The notes under the pieces are model-generated. The model ran no database searches. It saw only the letters and a list, made by a program, of their open reading frames with translations, and was not told the DNA's origin. A stretch of 64,000 nucleotides of DNA from Octopus bimaculoides (Eukaryota), in assembly GCF_001194135.2 (NCBI RefSeq), contig NC_068981.1, forward strand, positions 70,361,831 through 70,425,830. The letters run 5' to 3'. Position numbers and translations under genes: made by a program. Positions 11,400 to 24,869 of the stretch are shown here, in pieces (position 1 is the stretch's first letter; every line of letters starts with the position of its first letter).

Positions 11400-13730
11400 C
11401 GCACGTATATAGCGATGTATAAGGTGTTTTTATGAGTGTGAATGTTTGATATGATCCAACAGTATATATACAACGTGTATACACGCAAGCGGGTATGTAT
11501 GTCTTTAATATTATTGTTTTTCATCTGTCCTTTATAATGTTTATTGCATGTTCATTTCATTCATACTTTTTATTTTACTGTTATTTTTATTATTTATCAT
11601 CCTTGTCATCACGGCAAGTAGGCTAACTCATTAAGTAACCCCGTCTATTTTATCAAGTAAATGGTGCCACCGGCTAATCCTTTAGCTTCCTACGACTGGT
11701 ATGTGATTCTTCCTCCATTCTCTAAAGGAGTGGACAGATTTATTACCATGTATATTTAACATCAAAATAGCATTCTCCAATTCATTCTCTGAACTGGTAC
11801 CGAGATGAGAGAGTCAATGTGTATTCTATACGCTTTGTGTGAAATATCCTAACCGTTAAATTTTATTTTAATTTAAATTCACCTGAAGAAAGTTTTTTTT
11901 TAACATGATGTAAAAGCGCGGTAATAGAGGATGATAAATAATAAAAATAACGGTAAAATAAAAAGTATGAATGAAATTAACATACAATAATTATCAATAA
12001 AAGACACGTCTGAAGCAGCTGTTGTGGCTTCAGCCCATTTGTGCTATATTACATCACAAAGGAACCGTTGTATTGTCAACCTGTAGTGTGCCGCGGACTG
12101 CATCCGAAGTATACGCTTGGGAGATCATACGTATACGTTAAGTGTATTTGGTCTGTGCTTGCAAATGTATGCTTAACCGGAAGGACAAGTCCGTATATAT
12201 TTTTGTAAGTACGTGGGTGTCCGTAAACACTGTTGGTATGCGGGTATGCTGTCCTCGACTCTACTTTAGTATCTTTGTGATTTGTTATTAACATTCATCG
12301 ATTCTATTGGATTCTGCATATAATTATATGAATGCGTGTGTGTGTGTATGTTTTTTTGCATATGTATATGTTTGTTTGAGTGTATGTGTGTGTGCGCCCC
12401 GCACAAAGGACAAATCCTCCCAAAATTTATCATTTATTGTGGATAAAAGTAAATATTTTCTACTATTCATTGGACAATTCTGAAACTGTATCTGCAAAAT
12501 GAAATCATTCTTTCAGTAGACAATAATCGATGTTGATCATCAGAAACATTTATTGGCACTACACTGATACATTATATTCAATGAACTTTAAAAAGGCATG
12601 GGTAAATTTGATGTTAATTGCAAATTATATACATTAGAGTTATGTTGATTACCATTGATAATAAATATATGTATTTATTTTATTAATGCGGGAAAATGTT
12701 TCAAGTAAACATTTATAAATTGCATCAATAACAAATGACAAAATGAATAAACTATTTACTTTAAAAATAAATGGAGAAAAAACATCTTGTAACTAATGAG
12801 CGACATGTGCCTCTTTTGGAAATACCTCATTTATGCTCATAATAAGAAAATATTTTTCTCTGAAATATCTTATAGCCACTGGGATTTCTGTACTTCATCA
12901 TTTTCTTCCTATGAGTGAACCAGTAGAGCACCAGTGACGTGCTATAATCTTATTTCGTATAGATTTATTAGTCTCAAAGCTGGGTTGTTTATGCTTTTTA
13001 CAGTATCCGTGTGCTTTGTCGTATTGGCCTTTCTACCAAAGAACGCATACATTTATAATATTGTGACCATCTGAGGTAAACATGATACTTTAAATTTTTC
13101 AATACAATATTTTAAGAAATTCACTGTTAATCTTCAGCCTGATTTTGCATATGATTTTATAGCAATCTACAACATGCAAGAAGTTTCTAGTTACTTTTTT
13201 TTTATCAAATTTCAGCGTGTTATATTTTGAGAACAGAATATGCGCAAGTAGTGTTGCCTGGTTAAAAACTCAGTGATATTATATCTGTAAAAAATTTTTA
13301 AAGCATAATCTTATAATTTATACACATTGTATGTTGTTACTGATTATAAAAGCAAATATATTATGCTTGCGTGCAGGTTCGTTTACATATGAAGATGTAT
13401 GATGTATCATTACTTAACATTTCCATTGTTAAAACGTGAAATTCCATGTCTTAATATAACCTGACTGTATAATTAAACATTGGAACTCTCATCTCATTTA
13501 TGCTCTGTATTTTCTGACGCAAAATATTTTAGAGTCGTTGCGTTTGAAATATTGAAATACATAAAATGATATTTCTTCCGAAGAAACTTAAATGAATAAA
13601 TTCTCTCTTATCGTCATTTTTGCAAATTTGGGGTCTGTACCAAAACGATGCTTTCATACAGACACATACACACACGCACACACACAAACACGAACATACA
13701 CACACACACAGACATATACACACATATGTA

Positions 13731-13801
<71 letters not shown>

Positions 13802-14734
13802 GCGAGATTGCTTTACCTTTACATGGCATTATTTAATGTTATATGTTTATCAAAGCAGGAATAGTAACAGTTGATTGTATACTTACCAAAATTATTTTTG
13901 AATTTTGTTTCTAAATCTTATATACGAGTTTTATGTATGATTATCTCTACGTGGTTCCATTACCTATACAAAAAGAGGCTTTATCCATTCCCTGTCATTC
14001 CAAAATACGAAAATCTGTATGCAATTAGCTACAGGCAAATAATGAAATGCAATAGAATCAAACCAAGCGAAACTGTGCTTAACGAGCCAGGTATCGTTTG
14101 AAAAGCACCTGACAGGACACGCTTGTTTCTTTCAACCAGTTGTTTAGAATCTCACCCGCGAGAGACAGATTGGTTGAAGTGATAGTTGTGATTAATAAAG
14201 TATCTCACGAATTCCATTTTCTCTTCCTCTTATTTGTTATATACAAATACATTTATACACACACAAACACACAAACACACACGCGCACGCACGCACACAC
14301 ACAGATATATATATGTGTATGGATATATNNNNNNNNNNNNNNNNNNNNNNNNNNNNNNNNNNNNNNNNNNNNNNNNNNNNNNNNNNNNNNNNNNNNNNNN
14401 NNNNNNNNNNNNNNNNNNNNNNNNNNNNNNNNNNNNNNNNNNNNNNNNNNNNNNNNNNNNNNNNNNNNNNNNNNNNNNNNNNNNNNNNNNNNNNNNNNNN
14501 NNNNNNNNNNNNNNNNNNNNNNNNNNNNNNNNNNNNNNNNNNNNNNNNNNNNNNNNNNNNNNNNNNNNNNNNNNNNNNNNNNNNNNNNNNNNNNNNNNNN
14601 NNNNNNNNNNNNNNNNNNNNNNNNNNNNNNNNNNNNNNNNNNNNNNNNNNNNNNNNNNNNNNNNNNNNNNNNNNNNNNNNNNNNNNNNNNNNNNNNNNNN
14701 NNNNNNNNNNNNNNNNNNNNNNNNNNNNNNNNNA

Positions 14735-15459
14735 TAAAACAAATAATAAATGAGTATGTGCATATATACGTACAGGTCTGTGCATACCTACGTCTACCTG
14801 TATATATAGGTGCATATCTGGGTACAGGACATTCCATGGCTCTTCCCATGGACCACAAATTAAATTTGTATACACAAATTAAACCTGTGCCATGGAGGAA
14901 TGTCGTGGCGGACAAAAAACAAGACAGGAAAACAAACGGAAAAGGCTATGCGGCCAGACCTGAAAAATTATGTGTATATGAACGCTGTGAGGCACGAACT
15001 GAAAAAGACGGGACGAAGTAAGTTCGCGTGTTTGCTTGGCGATAGCCAAGGAAGAAAAGGATTAGTGACGGGAAGCATGTGACCAGGGAGGGATAAGAGA
15101 GAGAGAGAGAGAGAGAGAGTGGTAGAGGGAGAAACTAGGGGAGGAGGTAGAAGAATAGGTGAGCAACGAGAGAAAGAGAGGAAGAGAGAAATATAGTAGT
15201 AACAGAAGGAAGAACGAGAGGGGAAAGATAGATACGTAGTAGTAACAGAGGAATAAGGAGAGGGGGGGAAGTGATAGAGAAAGAGATAGAGTCGCGTCAG
15301 AAAATATAAAGTTGAAAAAACTACTTACAACAGGGATGACGCAGGCGTTCGATCATGTAAAACAAATAATAAATGAGTATATGCATATATACGTACAGGT
15401 CTGTGCATACCTACGTCTACCTGTATATATAGGTGCATATCTGGGTACAGGACATTCCA
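14735..15459. repeat. 102-bp direct repeat pair (14735-14836 and 15358-15459) enclosing ~520 bp with a purine-rich tract
   Basis: The two copies differ at one base (GTATGTGC vs GTATATGC). The block lies between two N-gaps. Confidence 0.85.
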
Positions 15460-18400
15460 AACAAAACGTAGACAAGAAAATAATAATAACCAGAGTACAG
15501 AAAACACACAAACCTTCATCAGCTACCCNNNNNNNNNNNNNNNNNNNNNNNNNNNNNNNNNNNNNNNNNNNNNNNNNNNNNNNNNNNNNNNNNNNNNNNN
15601 NNNNNNNNNNNNNNNNNNNNNNNNNNNNNNNNNNNNNNNNNNNNNNNNNNNNNNNNNNNNNNNNNNNNNNNNNNNNNNNNNNNNNNNNNNNNNNNNNNNN
15701 NNNNNNNNNNNNNNNNNNNNNNNNNNNNNNNNNNNNNNNNNNNNNNNNNNNNNNNNNNNNNNNNNNNNNNNNNNNNNNNNNNNNNNNNNNNNNNNNNNNN
15801 NNNNNNNNNNNNNNNNNNNNNNNNNNNNNNNNNNNNNNNNNNNNNNNNNNNNNNNNNNNNNNNNNNNNNNNNNNNNNNNNNNNNNNNNNNNNNNNNNNNN
15901 NNNNNNNNNNNNNNNNNNNNNNNNNNNNNNNNNNNNNNNNNNTATATATACTCATACATACACAAACAAACACATGCATACAAACTACGCTTGCATAGGC
16001 ACACAGGTATCTACCTAACTTTTACCCTCCTCTTCCCTTACATACTATCGTGCGTTCGCATTTAATAAGATTAGTTCGATGATGTTTTCGTATGATAATT
16101 GTCGGACTGATTCCTATCCAAATAAATATGAAGGTGAACAAAGGAAAAAGATATAAAGTATAAAACATAAATTTTACCTGAGGATGTCGCAGATAAAAAT
16201 GTATTAAAACGATTTGAATGTCTACTAATACACGCACTACTATTAGAATATTTTATGAATTTTATATGCTTATCCTATATATACATATATTAGTATGAGT
16301 ATATACCTTCAGAATTGTTTTTACGGCTTTTACCTAATATTATATATAACATGCACTAAAATAAAAATGCAAATTAGATTTTTTTGCAAAAATTTTAATG
16401 GATTTTAAATTAGAAGAAATATATACGTATGACATATGATCAATTTTATAGGAAAAAGTGTGTATGCACACACATATACACAACACATACACACTCGCTA
16501 ATATATATATATATATATATATATAAGTATATATATATGTATATATGTATGCATGTATATACATACATATATATTTACATACATAAATATAATACTATAT
16601 ACCTGTAGTATATTTATGTGAAGACAAATTATTATACATAGATTTATACACATACATATATGTATGTGTGTGGGGGGGGCGTGTACAAATGCATGTATGC
16701 CTGTATGTATGTCTATATGTGCGTATGCATGCATGTATGTACATATGTAGGTATGTTGGTAGGTAGGTAAGTAGGTAGGTAGCTAGCTAGCTAGGTAGAT
16801 AGGAATGTACTTATGTGTGTATGTACGTACGTACGTATGTATGTGTGTGTGTATGTATGTATGTATGTTTGTATTTATGCATAAAAACGCATACTTAAAT
16901 GGCAATGCATTCTTAGGGATGGAAATATTTCCTGTTAAGGAAAAATGCGAAAGAAATTGCTACGTAGCATTAATAGCCTATTAATCATAATTTAATGCTA
17001 TTTATTTCTACTATTTCCAATGTCTGTTTTAATAATTCTAATATTGTATATAGTAACTATTGATTCAATATAAATAGCGAATATTATTTTGTTTGCTTCA
17101 TTGCCTCTTAAAAGGTATATTTACACACATACAAAAATGAAGATACATAAATATGTTCGCTCATCCTATAAAGCTAGCAAGATGTTAGATTTGAAGAAAA
17201 ATATTTATCAGCACACACGACATTGATTTATATGAATTAGCATTTAACGTATCGATTTTCCCTTCTACCTGATACTGTAGAGATATATTTCATATCAGAA
17301 AGCGACGTAGACGAACAAAAGCCAACTTAATAGTATAATTCATCATACTTGTTCAACAAACACAAAGTAACAACACCTTATGAAAAGAAAACGACTGTAG
17401 AATCATTATATCTTATCCTTCTCAAAATACGAGGCGTATATGGACAGAGAAGTTTAAGCTGGATAATGAAACCCATAGAGAAAACGAATTTTAAAGATAT
17501 TTTGCCAATAAACTGGGAATATAAATCTCAACCCAGCAAAGGTCTATTCGATTTCAGATCTTGAGATATGTGCTGTAACTGCGACTGAAAAATGTACTGT
17601 AACTCTTCAACTGATGTAAGTTTTCAAAGTCATATTGAGCGGTTTGAGTATCGCTGAATACATATATTGATGTAGTTATTCAAAACACACGCACTTAATA
17701 CATTCTTGTTTCACTTCCTTATTCTTCAACAATATTAAATGTGTTTATTATGGTATCAGGTGTTGGTGCAGCACAGCTAAATGAACGGGAATGTGAGAAT
17801 ATTAGTGATTTTGGCATGATATTATTACTACCGCTGTCTGAGACAGTTCTCCGTCAGTATTTTACATTGACTATATATTTTACAGCGAAAAATATCTACT
17901 GATAAAGTTATCACCTTAAATTGTTTCAAAATTTTAATATAGAGAAACCTAAATGACCAAATTTGTAAAAGATTTATATCATAATTGAATATAATATCTA
18001 ATTACAAATTGAACTTAAGATCTAAAGAAATGTTTTTTTGTTAAATGTTTTATAAAATCATTTAGAGTAAATATTCTATATGTGCCATCTACATAGTTAC
18101 AAATATTGAAAGTGGAGCGTAAATTTCAAGATCAAGAGGTAGTCGTAAGTATTTTGGAACATCCTTCATTACAATTTCTAACCTTGCAATAGCAATTAAT
18201 ATAATAGATGAAGGGGGTGTACGAATTTGGGTAATGATTGCAGTTAGAACACTTGATGATTAAAATCGGTACCACATGGGGGCTTTTTGTGTATTTGGCA
18301 CCGGTGAAAGAAGAAAGGACCATATGGAACTTTCAATGTCACATGTCTGTGAAAACAAACTATGTGAAAATTGGTTTGATAAAAGTATGTCACTTTATAT

Positions 18401-18838
18401 ATTTTTGTCTTGTTATTGCGAAATGCTTTTGCCTATTACCTAAGATTTTCTCTCAATTTAAGGATAACTATATCATAATTTGTAATTCCACGTGTTGTAT
18501 GACGAAATGTTAGTACCAAGAATGAATTAGGTACTTCATCTAACAAAATGCAAGTGAATGTGAGAAAATAGATTTTAACGAGGGTTCCATTCATTTTCTA
18601 GGTTTATATTGCTTGTTTGCTTATGTTGCTTGTTTGCTTATGTTGCTTGTTTGTTTATTTACCATGAGAGAAACTCTATGATAAATACCACAGTAAAGTC
18701 TTTTCTAGCAGAACCTCCACTTTCAAGAGGGAAGAAATATTACCGGTCGGTATTAATACTGCTTCTGTCGCTAATATATCGTTTTAAACAAGTTAACTGG
18801 CTAATCGCAATACTATTGCCTGTTCTGGTACTAATTTT

Positions 18839-18979
18839 CTATATATCACTAGCGGGGAGATAAGTCGCTAACGGTCGAGCATCCATCACCGATGAGATTA
18901 AGGAAGATCGAATTTATGTGTCATGGTGGTCTCGGCGCTGAAGTTGGTGGAGAGTTATCTCCCCGCGTGTGATATAAAG
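18839..18979. mobile_element. Small MITE-like element with 25-bp terminal inverted repeats
   Basis: CTATATATCACTAGCGGGGAGATAA (18839-18863) vs reverse complement of 18955-18979: 22/25 identical. Confidence 0.6.
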
Positions 18980-19082
18980 ACGCAAGCATGCATTCTACAC
19001 CAAAACCCGTATAACAGTTTGTTTTATAACAAATACCGCAGTAATTATTTTCTTACTCTTCGAATTGTGTCCCTACACCTTA

Positions 19083-19310
19083 CATGAACAAATACTGTAG
19101 ACTTTTTGACTTCAGTGTACATCTTGTCCATTGTCTTAATTCTTCAACACAAATTAGGCAAGCCTTATAAGGAGCCCACTTCTGACCTTGGTCTCCTAAT
19201 TTCACCCCAAAGTAGGCTGAGTGACGGTTTTTGACAAATTTAGTAATGTTTCCCTGAAGCTTCTTAGTCATAAATTTGTCACAAATGAAGCAAAATTTAT
19301 GCGGGTTTGA
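19083..19310 (-). mobile_element. N-terminal fragment of a widespread DNA-transposon ORF (often classed TcMar-ISRm11-like)
   Basis: SNPHKFCFICDKFMTKKLQGNITKFVKNRHSAYFGVKLGDQGQKWAPYKACLICVEELRQWT matches the family pattern FCYICG..NIT.FVK.AY.AYFG.KLGDQDK.WAPH..C..C.E.LRQW. Confidence 0.7.
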
Positions 19311-19575
19311 TGTGAAATGATGTGGAGGTCATTAAGGAAAGGGGAAAGAGAATCTTTTTTAACAGCGTATATTTGATTTACCATCAAAATGTATACATAC
19401 ATTTAAAGAAGCATGTGACTACCCGAGAAGTTCATCACCACATCTTTATTGTGTCATATTCTACATTAAAATGTAGCATATGATCAAACAAAATGTAACA
19501 TGATGCAATAAAACAATGTATGTAGCATATATCGGGAAGAGTCTTGACGAAATAAGTGAAATAAAAAAATTAAAA

Positions 19576-19947
19576 AGAAAAAGGTTTCTGAGGGGCGATG
19601 CATACCTTGCGCGCACACGAGGTTAAAATAATATTTAATTTAATAAACATAATCCCAGACGAATTCATATTTCAACAAAATGGCATCAAGAGTTATTTTC
19701 CCTGATTATCGTTCATGCTTACATAACAACAATAACAACACAAAATAACATTATGGTTCACCCGTCCGCCAGTTTTGAAGATAAATCAAACTAAAATTTA
19801 ATGAGTTTGATCCACTCACCCAAAGGGTATTTCTGCCAAATTTGGAGAAAATCTTTCCAGTCATTTTCCAGTACATTTGCAAATAGAAAAAACAGACAAA
19901 GACGAAAGACTACACTAACATTGCTTCGCTTACGCGCGCAGGGTTAA
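19576..19947 (+). mobile_element. Helentron-associated non-autonomous element (HINE/DINE-1-like)
   Basis: Subterminal inverted repeats ACCTTGCGCGC (19604-19614) and GCGCGCAGGGT (19934-19944), 10/11 match. Core CCAAATTTGGAGAAAATC, a short ACAGAC tract, and A/T-rich flanks. Confidence 0.5.
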
Positions 19948-20645
19948 AGGTGACTTTTCACACAAGCAAATGACCTTGTAAAGCGCCTCTGCTTTGTATA
20001 ACACATGCAGTTGACTAAAGTTAATACACTTTGGTATGTACCTGAAGCAGTCTCAGCATTTCCAGGTTCCTATTCTTAAACTTACGCTTATTATTTATAG
20101 TGCAAATAGTTTATTAAATATGGCAATTAATAGTAATAGTAGAAGACAATATTCAAATACGGGTAGAATGGTAAAATGCAATGAGAGATTTTGTGAAATA
20201 AATTCAGTGGTTCCGCGGATCCCTGGGATCCGAGAACTCCTGGTGGTCCACAAAAGTTGTACTGGCGAGCCGTGAACTAAATGAAAAATTTCATATATAG
20301 CCTTATGTGATACATACGGAGTCGAGTTTCTGGGTGGTTACCCGTCCTCAGCGTGTTTTAATCACCAGCTAATGATGAAAACTCTCTCCACTCGCAAAAT
20401 ACTATATGCTTTTTCCAGCAACAAACAGTTGCCGATCTTGCAAAAGGAAAAATAAGCTATATTAAATCTCTGAGCGAGATGTAAACAGTAGCAATATGGA
20501 ATCGTAACATATAATTGCCAACCAAGCGTGGCGTCCAATATGGGATAGTGCTACTGACGTTTATAGCCCAAGGAAGACATCTTTTCCAGCTGGCTAACGA
20601 CACATATTATATTCTCTATCTGACTAGTATTTGTGAGGGGAGATG

Positions 20646-20677
<32 letters not shown>

Positions 20678-21468
20678 NNNNNNNNNNNNNNNNNNNNNNN
20701 NNNNNNNNNNNNNNNNNNNNNNNNNNNNNNNNNNNNNNNNNNNNNNNNNNNNNNNNNNNNNNNNNNNNNNNNNNNNNNNNNNNNNNNNNNNNNNNNNNNN
20801 NNNNNNNNNNNNNNNNNNNNNNNNNNNNNNNNNNNNNNNNNNNNNNNNNNNNNNNNNNNNNNNNNNNNNNNNNNNNNNNNNNNNNNNNNNNNNNNNNNNN
20901 NNNNNNNNNNNNNNNNNNNNNNNNNNNNNNNNNNNNNNNNNNNNNNNNNNNNNNNNNNNNNNNNNNNNNNNNNNNNNNNNNNNNNNNNNNNNNNNNNNNN
21001 NNNNNNNNNNNNNNNNNNNNNNNNNNNNNNNNNNNNNNNNNNNNNNNNNNNNNNNNNNNNNNNNNNNNNNNNNNNNNNNNNNNNNNNNNNNNNNNNNNNN
21101 NNNNNNNNNNNNNNNNNNNNNNNNNNNNNNNNNNNNNNNNNNNNNNNNNNNNNNNNNNNNNNNNNNNNNNNNNNNNNNNNNNNNNNNNNNNNNNNNNNNN
21201 NNNNNNNNNNNNNNNNNNNNNNNNNNNNNNNNNNNNNNNNNNNNNNNNNNNNNNNNNNNNNNNNNNNNNNNNNNNNNNNNNNNNNNNNNNNNNNNNNNNN
21301 NNNNNNNNNNNNNNNNNNNNNNNNNNNNNNNNNNNNNNNNNNNNNNNNNNNNNNNNNNNNNNNNNNNNNNNNNNNNNNNNNNNNNNNNNNNNNNNNNNNN
21401 NNNNNNNNNNNNNNNNNNNNNNNNNNNNNNNNNNNNNNNNNNNNNNNNNNNNNNNNNNNNNNNNNNNN

Positions 21469-21527
<59 letters not shown>

Positions 21528-24444
21528 ATGTATATATAAATTATTACGAATAATAGTAGGATGACGAAATAAACTATTAGACCATAGTTTATTTTCTTAT
21601 TTAAAAATGTTTACAAAAATGTGAACGCCATGTTTTTACTAATTGATTTGCATTAAGGGATGTATAATATTGCTAGGGGTACATATCAAATAAGGTTAAT
21701 TCTGTGCACAGTTTTATTGAATACACAACATTAATAGTTAAACATTGTAAAAAGATTAAGCATAAAAAATTCACGTAACATCGTAAAATTCATTTTCAAA
21801 ATAGCAGCGTAGATTACACCCTATTCTTTGGAATATACAGTTGGAAACTGGCTTCATTTGTACATTGTAAAATATCATTGTTATTACTACAAGCTGTTAA
21901 TAATGAACATCGGAAAAGCAGATGCTAGAGCTGCTTGGAAAATTACATAGATTGTAATGGAATAGATACTCGCAAGTGTATTAGCTACAGCATTAGTGTA
22001 GGAATTCATGAAGAGTCGAAAAAGTTAAATTTATAAATAAATATACTGTTTCTAGGTAAATGTAAACAGGATTATTGTATAGAACCCCGTGCTTGTCAAT
22101 ATTACTCGTTCTAAATATTTAAATTTACGGCACCACACGTAATTTATCTACAAGGTTGAGTATCCTTATAACTGAGATATAATTTGCAATGATATTATGT
22201 TGGGCATGTTTACTTTCTAAATGTGATTTCTTTCACACACTGAAGCCGAAATAGTAGATTAGCAAGAAAATTAGTAGATTCACAGACGCACCCAGTGTAT
22301 TTCATTTAAATAGCTAACTTTACATTGGTCACATAACACCTGATTTAGAGAATACCCAACACTGATTTTATGCAAAATCAGCAGCAGGATTTCAAATCAG
22401 TGTTTAAGTAATAATAACTTTTTGTGTTATATTATTCATTATCACAGAATTCCTAACTTGGTTTCTCTCTCATATACATAAATTGTTACGTCACTTTACT
22501 AGAGCATATTTAAGCCGTGATTTTCTAGACGTACATCACGCTACATACGCAGATAATGAACAAGAACATATCATTTAATATGTTCTTCATGACCGATAAT
22601 ATTAGATTACTAGAATTTACTAGTAAAAGACTATCAGTATTGTAAATATTTAGAATCTTGTATATTTTTAAGTCTGTAAGGTGAAATTATGGAAATATTA
22701 ACTGAGAGTTAATGAATGAGGAAAAAGCCTGGTTAACAGTTACAGGAATGCTCTTTTTTCTAACTTCTAATCACCTATATCAACAGCCTGTGAATTAGTG
22801 TTTTGTACTGAGATCAGCAACAACGTTACAGTGTGCATGACAAGAAAAGGAAAAGAAGAAATATTGTCATCAAGTGAGCTTGAGTATAATGTTACGCTAC
22901 TTTAATCTGAGAAACGAAATCTTTGTCGTACCAATAAAAGAGAAAGGCTGAAACGACTTGTTTGCCATCATTGGGGTTGTATTCAGTTAAAGAGTTAGTA
23001 TTTGTCAATCAGTAGAATAGGATGCTTATCTCTAAATCTACGTTTAATGGTTTTCAGATAACGGTACTTTAAAAATTGATATGAATAATACAAATTTCGC
23101 CTCTTTTACAATGAACTTTATTCTTATAATGTTCTAGTATCCGAAGGATATTGAAACTGGCGTAATTTTAAGAAGACATCAAACATTTTTAATTCATGTA
23201 AGGATTTAAGACCAAATAATCAAATGTAATGATTCAACATCAAATGATCCGAATCATCGCGAAATTCTAGATTTCACTCGAAGACCATACCTGTTAGAAG
23301 TGAAAGAGCTTCAGAAGGAATCGACTTCACATGTCTGGATAATACTAGTGATCTACACTAATTAATCGTCATGAGACATTCATTAGGAAATATTTATTAT
23401 AAAGAGAAAATTGAACAAAGTTTTGCGTTTCATGTGCAATCACATAAAATCTCATGTTACTTAGATATATTGAAAAACCGTTTCGTACATATTTACATAA
23501 ATTCTTATATTATTTTTATATTTTGCATGTTTGTAGTGAATTAAAAGGAGAAATCAATATCTTATTCATCTGTTACTCACACGTCTCATTAAGAGGAGCC
23601 ATATTTAAAATATGAACAATTTCACTCTTGAAAAATACGTTATCAAGTTAATTGATTTACTCATAAAACCGGCATTGAATATTCGAGATTCTCAATAAGT
23701 TACTCAATGGAATTTATGCTGCTTTGATTGCTTCCCCTAGGTTTTGTTCTCGACATCATTTTTGATTGTATTTGTTGACATTTATTGCGAAGCAATGATA
23801 CAAAACAGACATTGAATCATTAATTTACGTAGGCGATATTTCTGATTCGAAGGTGTGGGGAATAACTTTATTTCATTGGAAATTGTATATATTGTATTTA
23901 CTCTTATACATGCATGCATGCATCCATCCATCCATCCATCCATCCATCCATCCATCCATCTATCCATACATAATACATACATACATATATACATATATAC
24001 ATACATACACACATAGTTCTGTGTTTGATAAATTGTCACAATTATTTTATTATTTAATCAAATATGTTTTGTTTAATATTTTCTTGATTTACGTTTAAAT
24101 ATTATAGCTTCAAAGAGGTATAATTTCGAATATCGACGCCATTATATTAGTTAATTTTGATGTCACTAACTCATGTAATATTTCGCATTTGGGTTTCAAG
24201 ATGTGTATAAAAGAAGAGTGAAAGTGTGTATACTTACAAGAGTTTTATGCCTTTATATTGTAATATATTATGAGCTATAAATGTAAGCGTGAAATTATCC
24301 AATCTTAAAACTAAAGCACACCAGTTTTTGTTAGACTTATTCTTCAAGATGCGATATAGAGAAATGAATAAAACGTCCTTCCTGTCGACAAAATATGGTA
24401 GACGTTGCTCATGCTCTTTACTCTTTACTTTCTTTACTTTTTTA

Positions 24445-24642
24445 CTTGTTTCAGTCATTTGACTGCGGCCATGCTGGAGCACCGCATTTACTCGAGCAAA
24501 TCGACCCCAGGACTTATTCTTTGTAAGCCTAGTACTTATTCTATCGGTCTCTTTTTGCCGAACCGCTAAGTTACGGGGACATAAACACACCAGCATCGGT
24601 TGTCAAGTGATGTTAGGGGGACAAACACAGACACACAAATAT

Positions 24643-24702
<60 letters not shown>

Positions 24703-24869
24703 CTACGACGGGCTTCTTTCAGTTTCCGTCTACCGAATCCACTCACAAGGCTTTGGTCGGCCCCAGGCTATACGAGAAGACACTTGCCCAAGGTGCCACG
24801 CCGTGGGAATGAACCCGGAACCATGTGGTTGGTAAGCAAGCTACTTACCACACTGCCACTCCTGCGCCT
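24445..24869 (-). mobile_element. tRNA-derived SINE (octopus-type family 1), near full length, with an internal (CA)n(TA)n tract
   Basis: Minus-strand head AGGCGCAGGAGTGGCAGTGTGG (A-box-like) ... GGTTCATTCCC (B-box-like). A second copy of the same body lies at 45612-45853. Confidence 0.85.

Noticed and set aside
14140-21564. Long ORFs of 150-350 aa spanning N runs
   Set aside because: Their length comes from untranslatable gap characters; there is no coding evidence.
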